The notes below the pieces were generated by a model. The model made no database searches, was not told where the DNA came from, and worked only from the letters and a program-made list of their open reading frames with translations. A stretch of 64,000 nt of DNA from Bacillota bacterium (GTDB lineage: Bacteria > Bacillota > Ch66 > Ch109): the NCBI GenBank assembly GCA_050952625.1, contig JBMNLH010000005.1, positions 32,001 through 96,000 of the forward strand, read 5' to 3'. The position numbers and the translations under genes were made by a program. Shown here piece after piece: positions 52,019 to 61,874 of the stretch. Position 1 is the first letter of the stretch. Every line of letters begins with the position of its first letter.

Positions 52019-52106
52019 GAAGGACTGGGTAACACGTTTATCGGTAAGTATTAGTCGTTGATTCGAAAAACTATTAGACATCCTGTGGACCTATAATATT
52101 AATGAG

Positions 52107-52150
52107 AATACCGGAGACTCAGTTATTGAGCTTCCGGTATTTTTATTTTT
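52107..52150 (+). terminator. Intrinsic terminator
   Basis: aataccgga...tccggtatt followed by a T-run. Confidence 0.65.
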
Positions 52151-52344
52151 GCTCCTATCCATAATAACAGGGAACTCACCTTTCATAAGTTGTTGTATAA
52201 GAATAAGATGTCGACTCCAGTTGTCATTGCTAAGAGTATAACCATTTATTGTCCGTTATTTTCATAGGTGGTTGTGTCCTTAAGGCATGGGCGGTTAATT
52301 AAAAGTAGAGCTCCAAATTATTAAGATAGGGGTGTCGGCTCTTA

Positions 52345-53073
52345 ATGGATTGGTTTATAGAGAGTTCCTGGAAAACGGTCGTCGCCTTTACGGTCGTGCT
52401 AAGTTATGCCCGGTTGTTAGGCAAAGAGCAAATCGGTCACCTTACTTTTTATGATTATGTGGTCGGTATTACTTTTGGTAACTTGGCTGCTTCTTTGGCT
52501 TTGGCTCCAGTACCAGAAATGCTAGGGATTTTTTGGCAGTCAACCTTGTTTGTTGGGATAGCTTATTTTTTGGGGTTCGTTACTTTGAAAAGTAGGCAGA
52601 TGCGCAAAATAATTGAGGGTGAACCGGTGATTGTGATCCATAACGGCAAGATTCTAGAGCATGGTATGCGGAAAATGAGGTATAACACGGAAAACCTGTT
52701 GACGCAGCTGCGCGATAAAGGGATCTTTAATATCGCTGATGTCGAATATGCTATTTTGGAGACTAATGGCTGCTTAAGTGTACTCCCTCACTCCCAGAAA
52801 CGGCCAGTAACCCCGCAAGATTTGCAGCTGCCGACGCAGTACGAGGGTGTCCCGAGCGAGATAATCGTTAAGGGCAAGGTGATTTATCCCAATTTGGAAC
52901 AAAATAATTTGGACGAACAGTGGTTGATTTCCGCCCTTAACCAGAAGGGGATCAATGACCCGTCTGATGTGTTTTACGCCAGCCTGGACACCAGCGGGAA
53001 TCTATATATTGATTTGTGGCGCGATGATCTCCAGTATCCGGTCGATGTGACTGATTGTAAGGTTCCGGATTAA
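52345..53073 (+). CDS. DUF421 (YetF) family membrane protein
   Basis: GKEQIGHLTFYDYV, EGEP and LETNG.LSV motifs. Confidence 0.88.
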   Translation: MDWFIESSWKTVVAFTVVLSYARLLGKEQIGHLTFYDYVVGITFGNLAASLALAPVPEMLGIFWQSTLFVGIAYFLGFVTLKSRQMRKIIEGEPVIVIHNGKILEHGMRKMRYNTENLLTQLRDKGIFNIADVEYAILETNGCLSVLPHSQKRPVTPQDLQLPTQYEGVPSEIIVKGKVIYPNLEQNNLDEQWLISALNQKGINDPSDVFYASLDTSGNLYIDLWRDDLQYPVDVTDCKVPD

Positions 53074-53378
53074 ACACATCTTCTTCTTGAGTGTAGGCGG
53101 AAAGTAGTGGATACGTCACTTCATTTAGAATGACAACTGATTTGCCTCGCCTAAAAGCAGGCTTATTCGCTCGCGCTCAGGATGACATATATTCGCCATT
53201 TTTATAGGTGGTTGTACTAACGGGCATGGGCGGTTAAATAAGTGGATTGTGGTCTTTTATACTGTGGAAATATATGGTATGATTATGGGGGCTAAGGGTA
53301 GTTTTGATACTCCTCATGGCTTAAATCGGAGCTTTACGGCCTATTAGAGTAATTATTTTATGGGATGGGGGTTGGACG

Positions 53379-54854
53379 GTGAGTCAAATCAAGTTTGGGA
53401 CTGATGGTTGGCGGGCAATAGTGGCGGATACCTTTACCTTTGAAAATGTGCGGCGGGTAACCCAGGCCATTGCTGATTACGTGAATCATCAGCAAATTGG
53501 CCATCGGGGAATTGTTGTGGGCTATGACTACCGGTTTCTCGGTAACCGGTTTGCGGAGGCGGTCACTGAGGTCCTAATGGGGAACGGAATTTCTGTTTTT
53601 TTGTTGCCGCAGGGCACCCCGACCCCGGTTACGGCCTTCATAATTCAGCACCGGCAAGCAGCCGGGGCAGTGATGTTAACGGCCAGCCATAACCCGCCTG
53701 AATATAATGGGATTAAGTTTATCCCGGAATACGCCGGGCCGGCTCTGCCGGCTATTACTGATGAGATTGAGCGTTTTCTGTTGAAAGTGTTGCAAGAAGA
53801 TCCAGAACCTGCGGGTGGAAAGGCAGATTTTGTACCAGCCAAAGCGGGTTCGACACGGGTGAAGCACTTGCCTCTGGCTAAAGGCCGACAGCTCGGTCTG
53901 CTGCAGGAGGTTCAGCCGGAAGAGGCCTACCTGACTCATTTACAGTCCGTGGTCGATGTGGAGGGAATTCGGCATCATCCTTTAAAAGTCGTGATTGATC
54001 CAATGTTCGGCTGCGGGATTGGTTATCTGGAAAAGTTCCTGCTTGGGGCAGGCTGCCAGGTCGAAACCATTCATTCTTACCGCGATCCCTTGTTTGGCGG
54101 GATTGTTCCAGAGCCGATGGGAAAATGGCTGACTGAGTTGCAAAGCCGGGTTCAAGAAACCGGGGCGGATCTTGGTTTAGCGATGGACGGGGATGCGGAC
54201 CGGTTTGGGATCGTTGATCGCCAGGGCAATTATGTTTCGGCCAATCAGGTCCTATACCTTTTATTCTATCACCTGCTGCATACTCGCCAATACCGGGGGC
54301 CGGTCGCGCGGACGGTGGCCACAACGCATATGCTGGATCGGATTGCCAGAAAGTATGGTCTGGCGGTTGAGGAAACGGCGGTCGGCTTCAAGTACATCGG
54401 GCAGGCTTTGCTGGAAAGAGGGGCGTTGCTGGGCGGAGAAGAAAGCGGCGGCCTCAGTATTCACGGGCATATCCCAGAAAAGGACGGCATCCTGGCTGCC
54501 GCCTTGATGGCCGAACTGGTGGCGACCGGCGGGAAAGATCCCAACCAGTTAAGTCAGGAGATCGCGGCCGAATACGGCCTGCTGGTTAGTGAGCGAATTG
54601 ATATTCACTCGACCCAGGAAGAAAAAGAACGGATTCTTGGAATCCTGCAGAGTTTTCATCCCGCTTATCTGGCCGACTTCAAGGTAATTGAGCGAATAAC
54701 CCACGATGGGGTGAAACTATTGCTGGAAAGAGATAATTGGCTCTTGATCCGGGCATCCGGGACCGAGCCTCTCTTCCGCCTTTATGTAGAGGCTGAGGAT
54801 TGGGAGAGTCTAAAACGAATCCAACAAGCAGCGATCAAGTTACTGGGCCTTTAA
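53379..54854 (+). CDS. Phosphoglucomutase/phosphomannomutase
   Basis: FGTDGWR, TASHNP, DGDADR, GEESGG and RASGTEP motifs. Confidence 0.93.
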   Translation: MSQIKFGTDGWRAIVADTFTFENVRRVTQAIADYVNHQQIGHRGIVVGYDYRFLGNRFAEAVTEVLMGNGISVFLLPQGTPTPVTAFIIQHRQAAGAVMLTASHNPPEYNGIKFIPEYAGPALPAITDEIERFLLKVLQEDPEPAGGKADFVPAKAGSTRVKHLPLAKGRQLGLLQEVQPEEAYLTHLQSVVDVEGIRHHPLKVVIDPMFGCGIGYLEKFLLGAGCQVETIHSYRDPLFGGIVPEPMGKWLTELQSRVQETGADLGLAMDGDADRFGIVDRQGNYVSANQVLYLLFYHLLHTRQYRGPVARTVATTHMLDRIARKYGLAVEETAVGFKYIGQALLERGALLGGEESGGLSIHGHIPEKDGILAAALMAELVATGGKDPNQLSQEIAAEYGLLVSERIDIHSTQEEKERILGILQSFHPAYLADFKVIERITHDGVKLLLERDNWLLIRASGTEPLFRLYVEAEDWESLKRIQQAAIKLLGL

Positions 54855-55142
54855 GTGGACAAGTGGGACACGGGGCCTTTTTGCAAACTCCCGATACAAC
54901 TTCTGAAATGTTTATCTGGACAAAAGACCCCCATTTCTATAAGTGGGGGTTACCTTGTTTAAACTTCGGGTGGAGTAGAGTCTCCATCTGAAGCCTCGGT
55001 GTTCAGCGAAGCTGAACGAGTTCGCTAGGCCATTCTAGACACCTTCCCATAGCGAACACCTTCCATAATAATTTTGAATTTTTTAATAATCTAAGATTAA
55101 TTCTTAGATTATTTTGTTCCGGCAACAATCATCAACAAATGT

Positions 55143-55223
55143 TTGTCCGTGTCCGTGTCCTGTCCCCGTATCCGTATCCGTGTCTGTGTTTGTGTCTGTA
55201 TCCGTGTCTCGTCCCCGTGTTCC
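55143..55223. repeat. Degenerate hexamer tandem repeat (GTCCGT)
   Basis: gtccgt gtccgt gtcctg ... atccgt atccgt gtctgt ... Confidence 0.75.
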
Positions 55224-55244
55224 GGTTGGAAATAGCAATTAAAT

Positions 55245-55271
55245 GGAGGAAATTTTTAGACTTTGTCGAAT
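55245..55271 (+). promoter_or_regulatory. Sigma-H-like promoter
   Basis: GGAGGAAAT-11 bp-GTCGAAT. Confidence 0.5.
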
Positions 55272-55487
55272 GTAGGTATAAAGTAATACCGTGATTTAAC
55301 GATAGTTAACATAAGTAGTTTTTTAGCTAAAACCCGGGTTCTAAAATTGGGGGTGTTCAAAATTATTACTAAAGCAATTGACAGCTTAGGTTTAGGCTTC
55401 AGACGGGATGTTGGTTCTTCTGGGAATTTAGCTTTAGGTTCTGGTGCAAGTTCCAGTAGTATTTTTCCGACCCGGGGTGAAGATAAG

Positions 55488-56162
55488 TTGGCGGGTAAAG
55501 GAGTTAAAGCTCACGATGAGATTCGGGTATGCATTGTAGATGACCATGCCCTGGTTAGACAGGGGTTAGCCAGGGTTTTGGAACTAGAACCTCGGATTCA
55601 AGTGGTGGGTGAGGCTGGTGATGGTCTAGAAGCAATTTTACTGGCAAATGAATTGCGGCCAGACGTTATCCTGATGGATATAAATATGCCTGTAACTGAC
55701 GGGATTGAAGCCAGTCGGATTATTAACCGCGACCATCCCAAAACGCGAATCATTGCGCTAACTGTTTACGATGATGATCGTGTTTTTGAGGTTATCAGAG
55801 CCGGGGTTTCTGCTTATATTCTGAAGGATGTAGAGGCAGAAGAACTAATTCGGGCGATAATTGACGTTCATGAGGGACGGTCAATTATTCACCCGCGAGT
55901 AACCGGTAAGGTGCTGGGTGAATTCACCCGTCTATCCAATTCGGAGGGAGATGGCAGCCACTTAGACCGGCTCACGCAAAGAGAAAGGGAAGTTCTGGAG
56001 CTAATTGCTAAAGGTGAGGCTAATCGGGAGATTGCCAATCGGTTATACATAAGTGAAAAGACGGTGAAAAACCATATAACCAGCATTCTTCGCAAGCTAA
56101 ATGTGCATGACCGTACTCAGGCCGCCATTTATGCCATTAAGCGTAAATTGGTTGAGCCATGA
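55488..56162 (+). CDS. NarL/LuxR response regulator (DegU-like)
   Basis: IVDDH, LMDINMP and LTQREREVL..ISEKTVKNH motifs; upstream of comF as degU is in Bacillus; start at TTG 55488 inferred from RBS. Confidence 0.9.
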   Translation: MAGKGVKAHDEIRVCIVDDHALVRQGLARVLELEPRIQVVGEAGDGLEAILLANELRPDVILMDINMPVTDGIEASRIINRDHPKTRIIALTVYDDDRVFEVIRAGVSAYILKDVEAEELIRAIIDVHEGRSIIHPRVTGKVLGEFTRLSNSEGDGSHLDRLTQREREVLELIAKGEANREIANRLYISEKTVKNHITSILRKLNVHDRTQAAIYAIKRKLVEP

Positions 56163-56346
56163 GTTTGCAATAAATTACGCCTTGATGTTCAGCGAAGCTA
56201 AGCGAGTTCACTGAGCTGATTCCGTTCGGTCCCCAGAGTGGTTACCCCTTGGTTATGTTAAGGCATACACTAGAGTGTAGTAATGTGATTAATGTCAATC
56301 GCTGGCCTTGTATCAGATTAGAGAAGTTTATCCAGGGGGGACTATC

Positions 56347-56838
56347 ATGGACTGGGTTTTTCTGGGGAAGAGTTTGTTGGTTATCCTGGGTTTATTTTTG
56401 GTCTTTTGGGTTAATTGGAAACTGATTTGGAAGGCGCAGCGGGAGTCTGGTTCTTATTTGTCAGTTGTTTTATTAATGGTGGTCCAAAACCAGGAGAAGA
56501 TTATAGAAGGTGTGATTCGGCAGTTGCGTTGGCTTCGCTTACGTTCGCCGGTTTTTTTTGAATTAGTCGTGGTTGATAGCGGCTCGCGGGATAATACGAA
56601 CGAAATTTTGCATCGGCTGTGGCGGTGTCAGGAGGACTTTAGATTTTACCGATTGGAGGAAACGGACTGCGGGGCTAATCCGCTGGAGGTTGTTCGACGG
56701 GATAACTTCCAACAAACAATTTATTTGGTCGAACTAGACTATTCAGCCTCGCTGGGTCAGGTAGTAAAGGCAATCGATCGGGCCCTGCAGGGAGATTATT
56801 CTAACGAAATGGTTAGAATCGTTGATAAGTGGGCCTAA
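56347..56838 (+). CDS. Membrane-anchored protein with a partial GT2-like domain
   Basis: N-terminal TM helix; VQNQE..IEG and VVVDSGSRD motifs. Confidence 0.65.
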   Translation: MDWVFLGKSLLVILGLFLVFWVNWKLIWKAQRESGSYLSVVLLMVVQNQEKIIEGVIRQLRWLRLRSPVFFELVVVDSGSRDNTNEILHRLWRCQEDFRFYRLEETDCGANPLEVVRRDNFQQTIYLVELDYSASLGQVVKAIDRALQGDYSNEMVRIVDKWA

Positions 56839-57165
56839 TTTATAGCTGGATCAAAAAGACTCCCGCTTCTGCAGGGGGTTATCCTATTTGAACTTCAGGT
56901 GGTCTTTTTTTACCGCTGCCTTGAGTACCCTAGGCGGGGGGTACCCTATTTGAACTCCAGGTGGAGTAGAGTCTCCAGCCCCGATGTTCGGCGAGGCTAA
57001 ACGAGTTCATTTTAGGCTATCCGTGAGGTACATTGCATTTTATTTTAGAATTGTGTAAAATTTATAGAAAAAAGTTTAAAATAAGGCAGATTTAAGGCAG
57101 GAATATAGAAAGCTGATGTTGAAATATTCTAATAGATTTTAATGTTTTGAAAGGAGAATCTGACC

Positions 57166-57909
57166 TTGGACGAACTCGATGTTCTTTTGGGGAAGACAAG
57201 ACTCCTTAACCAGATGGTACAGCGTCAGTCCGACCAACCTCCGGATTTTAAGGAGTTGGCCAGTATTTTATCGGGACTTACAGCAAGCCATGTCTATATT
57301 ATAGAAAAAAAGGGGAATGTATTGGGCAGCTGTAATTACCCCGGGATTGGTCAGCCGATGGTTGGGTCAAGGGTACTAGATGAGCACATTTTAACCGAGG
57401 AATATCTCGAGTGGTTATCTAGTTTTTTTGAGACTGGAGTTAGTTGTCAGGTGGGTCCGGATACTTTGCTGACTATTATTCCTTTGTATGGAGGGCCGAA
57501 TCGTTTAGGTACGGTAGTGCTGGCAAAATCTGAGGAATTTACGACGCAAGAGGTAATTGTCGCTGAGGTAGGAGCAACGGTTATTGGACTGGCCATTCTG
57601 CGAGACCTCAATGACCAGGCCGAAAGAATCAATCGAAAGAAGGATGCTGTCGCCCAGGCACTAGCTGTACTATCGTATTCTGAGGTTGAGGCGGTCAAGT
57701 ACATTTTTAAGGAACTAGATGGAGACGAAGGTTTTGTGGTGGCGATTCGATTGGCTGACAAGTATATGTTAACTCGTTCGGTTATTGTGAATGCCTTACG
57801 TAAGTTGGAAAGTGCTGGGGTAATTCAAGCGCGTTCCCTGGGGATGAAAGGGACATATATTAAGGTGTTAAATGAATTTTTACACGAGCAGTTAGCTGGG
57901 ATCGAATAA
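57166..57909 (+). CDS. codY: CodY-family regulator (divergent)
   Basis: LSYSE.EA...TRSVIVNALRKLESAGVI..RSLGMKGTYIKVLN. Confidence 0.88.
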   Translation: MDELDVLLGKTRLLNQMVQRQSDQPPDFKELASILSGLTASHVYIIEKKGNVLGSCNYPGIGQPMVGSRVLDEHILTEEYLEWLSSFFETGVSCQVGPDTLLTIIPLYGGPNRLGTVVLAKSEEFTTQEVIVAEVGATVIGLAILRDLNDQAERINRKKDAVAQALAVLSYSEVEAVKYIFKELDGDEGFVVAIRLADKYMLTRSVIVNALRKLESAGVIQARSLGMKGTYIKVLNEFLHEQLAGIE

Positions 57910-58064
57910 GTAACCCAGATTTTTTTGGGCTTCCATCCTTCATATTGTTTAGCTGAATGAAAAAGACTCCTAAGACTTCAGGTGGAGAAGAGCCTCTATC
58001 TGAAAAATTGATGTTCAGCGAAGCTGATTAAAATTTACTGGATTCAACTTTTTCAGTAGTTATC

Positions 58065-58108
58065 ACCTGGTTTGGAAGCAGAGACATTTCCCAGCCAGGT
58101 TTTCTTTT
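58065..58108 (+). terminator. Probable intrinsic terminator
   Basis: acctggtttggaa...ttcccagccaggt followed by ttttctttt. Confidence 0.5.
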
Positions 58109-58272
58109 ATAACGATCCTGATGAAACTGAACACCAGATAAATTTCGTTTTCTAGCCCAGTTTGCTAACCGAGTAAAACGAGTAAAATACCAGCGAATAC
58201 TGGCTATCTATGCCCGGGACGGTTAACCGGTCTTCGTGTTTCACAACGAGCTAAGGGTGGATCAAACAAACG

Positions 58273-60747
58273 ATGTCGTCTAATCTCTATCCGTCTTATC
58301 AAGTTTATCTGGCCTGGAACAATACTCATTACCGAATTTTTATTAGCCATTGGCCAGAACTGGATCTAAAAATCCTCTTTCAGGAGCAAGGGCTGAATAA
58401 ATTGGGTCTGTTGACTCGACCCCTGCCAATTGGGATCGCCCATTATGTTGCCGGCTGGATTGCGTCTGAGACGGAGAGGCGTTTGGCTTTGTTGGCTTCG
58501 GCTGATCAGACATCGTTCCCCGGGGTTAAAGCTGGCGGTTGGCGAAGTTGGTTAATCCGCGGTCAAGAAAGATTGCGTCGTCTAACTAGGACAACTGATT
58601 CGGCCAATACCACCGAGTTCGGGAATCTATTGATGCCGGAAAAAAACGGTCGGGCTGAGTTTGGTCCGGCGTTACTGCACCAGCGTTTTCGGTTGGTTCA
58701 AAAAGCCCTTAAATCCTTGGAAGCCGGAGCTTTGCCCGAAAAACTTGCTTGGGCTGAGTTTAAGCCAAGGATCTTGGTTGTCGGGGACTCAGGGTATGCG
58801 GCTTCTGGTGCCGGGCCTTGTTTCTCGGTCGATCCGGCTGGGTCTGAATCATTGGGTGAGCAGAAAGTTCTGAAGGCTTCAAATGCTCTGGAAGACGCCG
58901 GGGAAGCCCCGTTGCTTTCTGCTTACGAACCCGGGTCGGTAAAATCAATTCAGATAAATCAAGTTTCGGCTGCTTCGGATGCTTTTGCAGCAGCGGCAGT
59001 ACCGGGAACTAAGGCGATCTTGAGCGAAATATTAGCGGGCCGGGTGTTGGTGGCCGGAGAAGTCAAGACCATGCTTGCGACTAATGGACTAATATCGGAA
59101 GCGGCATCGGGACCGTGGCTGCCTCTCCCTATCCAAAATATCCTTCAGGTCCTGGCTTTGCGGGGGGAGGTTTGTTTATTGCCGTCGGTAAACCGGAGTC
59201 AGCTCGGTGACCCGGTATGTCAGCGGTGCGGCCAGTCTCGGGGGATTAAGTCTTCGGTCTGTCATTACTGCGGTCGTTTGGCGTGTTATTACTGTGAAGA
59301 ATGTCTTAATCTGGGTCTGGCGCGGGAATGTTTGCCGTTAATCGCGATGCCCGGACAAAGTCGCCTTACAGGCTTGCCGGAGACAATCCCGACGCCTCAG
59401 GCCTTGTCTCACGCACATCAGGGCTTGCGTCATTCATCTCCGGCCTCGCCTCTCGCACCTCAGACTTCGCGTTATTCGCCGCCGGGCCCGCATCTTACCC
59501 CTCGAGGTTCGCGTTATTCAGAAATTCAGGCACCGTATCAAACACCTCCGGTTTCGGGTCCTATCCCAGACGTTTCGGCCCAGAGTCAAGAGATAAGCCA
59601 GGAGGAGGGAGACCGGAAAACTACGGGAATTCCAGCCCCGGTCTGCTTGGAGTTTGCGCTTACCCCGGCCCAGCAGCGAGCAGCAGAAGAGGTTCGGCAG
59701 TTTTGGTTATCTGGGAAGCAGGCGGAGTGTTTGGTTTGGGCGGTCTGTGGAGCGGGAAAAACAGAGGTTGTTTTTTCAGTATTAGCCGAGGTTCTAGCCC
59801 GAGGGGGCCGCGTTTTATACGCTATTCCTCGTCGAGACGTCGTGCGGGAGCTAGAGCCCCGACTGCGGCAGGCTTTTCCGAATTACCGGGTCTTAGGTCT
59901 TTACGCTGGGAGCGGCCGCCGGTACGCAGCAGCGGATATTTATGTCGCGACTACTCACCAATCCCTGCGGTTTTACCAAAATTTTGACTTGGTTATCCTG
60001 GATGAGGTTGATGCCTATCCTTACCGGGATAGTCCGATGCTGCATTTTGCCGTGCAGCGCGCTCGAAAACCAGAGGGTAAGACCGTGTATCTTACGGCTA
60101 CGCCAAAGTCAGCCATGCAGCAACTGGCTTTGAAAGGCGAAATGGGCCTGGTTTATATCCCGGCTCGGCATCATGGTTATCCAGTTCCGGAGCCAGAATT
60201 GCTGGCTGAAAGGCAATTGCGTTATCCCCGGACCGGCCAGGAGTTGGGGCTGCCGCAGACTGTTATTGAATTGATTTATCAAAGCGTGGTCGTTGAGCAG
60301 GTCCGGTTGTTTGTTTTTGTTCCCTCTATTTGGTTGACTGAACAGGTAGCCCGGGCGATAAACCGCGTGGTTGAAAGTGATGATCGGTTTGAGAATAAGA
60401 GGGCCAGAAACTGGGCGCAATTCTGTCACGCCCGGGATCCTTGGCGGGACCAGAAGCGGACCGGTTTTTCCCGGGGAAATTTTCCGATCCTGGTGACGAC
60501 TACTATCTTGGAGCGGGGTATTACGATCGCCCCGGTTAATGTGCTGGTACTTTTTGCAGAGTCGGAAAAAATCTTTGATGAGGGGACTTTGGTGCAGATG
60601 GCCGGGCGGACCGGTCGAACCGAGGCTTACCCGGAGGGAAAAGTCTGGCTGGTTGGTGCCTCCGTCAGTCCAGCAATGCGGCAAGCGCGCGACAGAATTC
60701 TGGAGATGAATCGCATAGCCAGAGATCGGGGGTATTTGAGAGGATGA
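58273..60747 (+). CDS. comFA: ComFA-like SF2 helicase with a long N-terminus and low-complexity insertion
   Basis: Zn-finger cysteines; AVCGAGKTE, DEVDAYP, TATP, TTILERG and QMAGRTGR motifs. Confidence 0.88.
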   Translation: MSSNLYPSYQVYLAWNNTHYRIFISHWPELDLKILFQEQGLNKLGLLTRPLPIGIAHYVAGWIASETERRLALLASADQTSFPGVKAGGWRSWLIRGQERLRRLTRTTDSANTTEFGNLLMPEKNGRAEFGPALLHQRFRLVQKALKSLEAGALPEKLAWAEFKPRILVVGDSGYAASGAGPCFSVDPAGSESLGEQKVLKASNALEDAGEAPLLSAYEPGSVKSIQINQVSAASDAFAAAAVPGTKAILSEILAGRVLVAGEVKTMLATNGLISEAASGPWLPLPIQNILQVLALRGEVCLLPSVNRSQLGDPVCQRCGQSRGIKSSVCHYCGRLACYYCEECLNLGLARECLPLIAMPGQSRLTGLPETIPTPQALSHAHQGLRHSSPASPLAPQTSRYSPPGPHLTPRGSRYSEIQAPYQTPPVSGPIPDVSAQSQEISQEEGDRKTTGIPAPVCLEFALTPAQQRAAEEVRQFWLSGKQAECLVWAVCGAGKTEVVFSVLAEVLARGGRVLYAIPRRDVVRELEPRLRQAFPNYRVLGLYAGSGRRYAAADIYVATTHQSLRFYQNFDLVILDEVDAYPYRDSPMLHFAVQRARKPEGKTVYLTATPKSAMQQLALKGEMGLVYIPARHHGYPVPEPELLAERQLRYPRTGQELGLPQTVIELIYQSVVVEQVRLFVFVPSIWLTEQVARAINRVVESDDRFENKRARNWAQFCHARDPWRDQKRTGFSRGNFPILVTTTILERGITIAPVNVLVLFAESEKIFDEGTLVQMAGRTGRTEAYPEGKVWLVGASVSPAMRQARDRILEMNRIARDRGYLRG

Positions 60748-61781
60748 AACGGTTTTTGTCGGGCTTATTAGCTAAAATCAGCCGGGACAGTAAATCTGTT
60801 TCCGCGTCGGACGATAAACCTGTCCCCATGTCAGGCGATAGACCTGTCCCTGTGTCCCGCAATAAACCTGTCCTCGTGTCCCGCGATAAACCTATCAGCG
60901 TGTCCCAGTGGCTTGATTTAATCTATCCTCCTCCCAAAACTTGTCCGTTATGCGGGAAGACCTGGTCAAAGCAGCGGGGGGCGGCGGTTTGTGCGCGGTG
61001 TATTGGTGAGATTGCGGAGCTTCAGGCGGATATGGTTGTTTGTCGGCACTGTGGCCGATTCTTGGCAAGGGGATCCGTGGTTAGCAGATCGGGTTTAGCT
61101 GATGAATCAGTTCTTTTCTCCCAATATATTGATCAATCAGGCAGTCAGGCAAGTGTTCTGACGGTCGAGAATTTTTGCTGTGCTGACTGCCGCCAAAACC
61201 CGCCCGCCTTCCAAATGGCCCGGGCGATTGGCCCTTTTGAAGGCCTGCTGCGTGAGGCGGTGTACCAGCTGAAGTATCAGGGCAAGCTGTCTTTGCGGGA
61301 GCCATTGGGTTGGTTGATGGCGGAAGTAATCAGAAAAGAGTGGGCAATAAAAGGGCCGCCGCTGGTCGTACCGGTCCCTCTTCACCCTAACCGGCTGGCG
61401 GAACGCGGTTTTAACCAGGCTGAATTACTGGCAACAGCAGTGGCTCGTGAATTAGGCTGGCGATTGCATAATCAGTTGTTAATCAGGCAGGTGGATACCG
61501 TTTCCCAGACTCGGCTTAACCGGTCAGAACGCTTAATTAACCTGCAGGGTGCCTTTGCGGTGCGCGAGTCAGACAGGACCGTTCGTCAGGAGATGATAAA
61601 TGCTGGTTGTGCGGCGGAGAAACAGGTGCGCGAGCCAGACAGGATCGTTCGTCAGCCGATTGTCTTAGTTGATGATGTTTTGACGAGCGGTACAACGAGT
61701 GAGGAGTGTGCCCGGGTGCTGCAGCAGGCCGGCTACGGCCCGGTGATGGTGATCACGATCGCTACGGGTAAAATTGCCTAA
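60744..61781 (+). CDS. comFC: ComF/ComFC family protein with repeat insertions
   Basis: Double Zn ribbon; VPVPLH..R..ERGFNQ and LVDDVLTSGTT motifs. Confidence 0.9.
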   Translation: MKRFLSGLLAKISRDSKSVSASDDKPVPMSGDRPVPVSRNKPVLVSRDKPISVSQWLDLIYPPPKTCPLCGKTWSKQRGAAVCARCIGEIAELQADMVVCRHCGRFLARGSVVSRSGLADESVLFSQYIDQSGSQASVLTVENFCCADCRQNPPAFQMARAIGPFEGLLREAVYQLKYQGKLSLREPLGWLMAEVIRKEWAIKGPPLVVPVPLHPNRLAERGFNQAELLATAVARELGWRLHNQLLIRQVDTVSQTRLNRSERLINLQGAFAVRESDRTVRQEMINAGCAAEKQVREPDRIVRQPIVLVDDVLTSGTTSEECARVLQQAGYGPVMVITIATGKIA

Positions 61782-61874
61782 ACTTACATTAGAAGCTGGT
61801 TTTTACCCTATGTTTTCGATAAAATAAAGAAAATTAGTACAAAGAAATTAGTGCAATAACAAGGGGGGGAAAGA

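Larger units (their letters stand above)
54922..58039 (+). repeat. IS200/IS605 right-end-like intergenic repeat family
   Basis: aaaagac(t/c)ccc..gggg..aacttcaggtggagtagagtctcca.ctgaagcc..gatgttcagcgaagctgaacgagttcac at 54922-55026, 56179-56212, 56853-57010, 57960-58039; also 41852-41923. Confidence 0.75.

Noticed and set aside
57058-57073. CodY box upstream of codY
   Set aside because: Four mismatches to AATTTTCWGAAAATT in AT-rich DNA; not distinguishable from chance
59328-60684. Long overlapping ORFs inside comFA (59328..59987 +, 60109..60684 -)
   Set aside because: GC-rich shadow frames with no motifs
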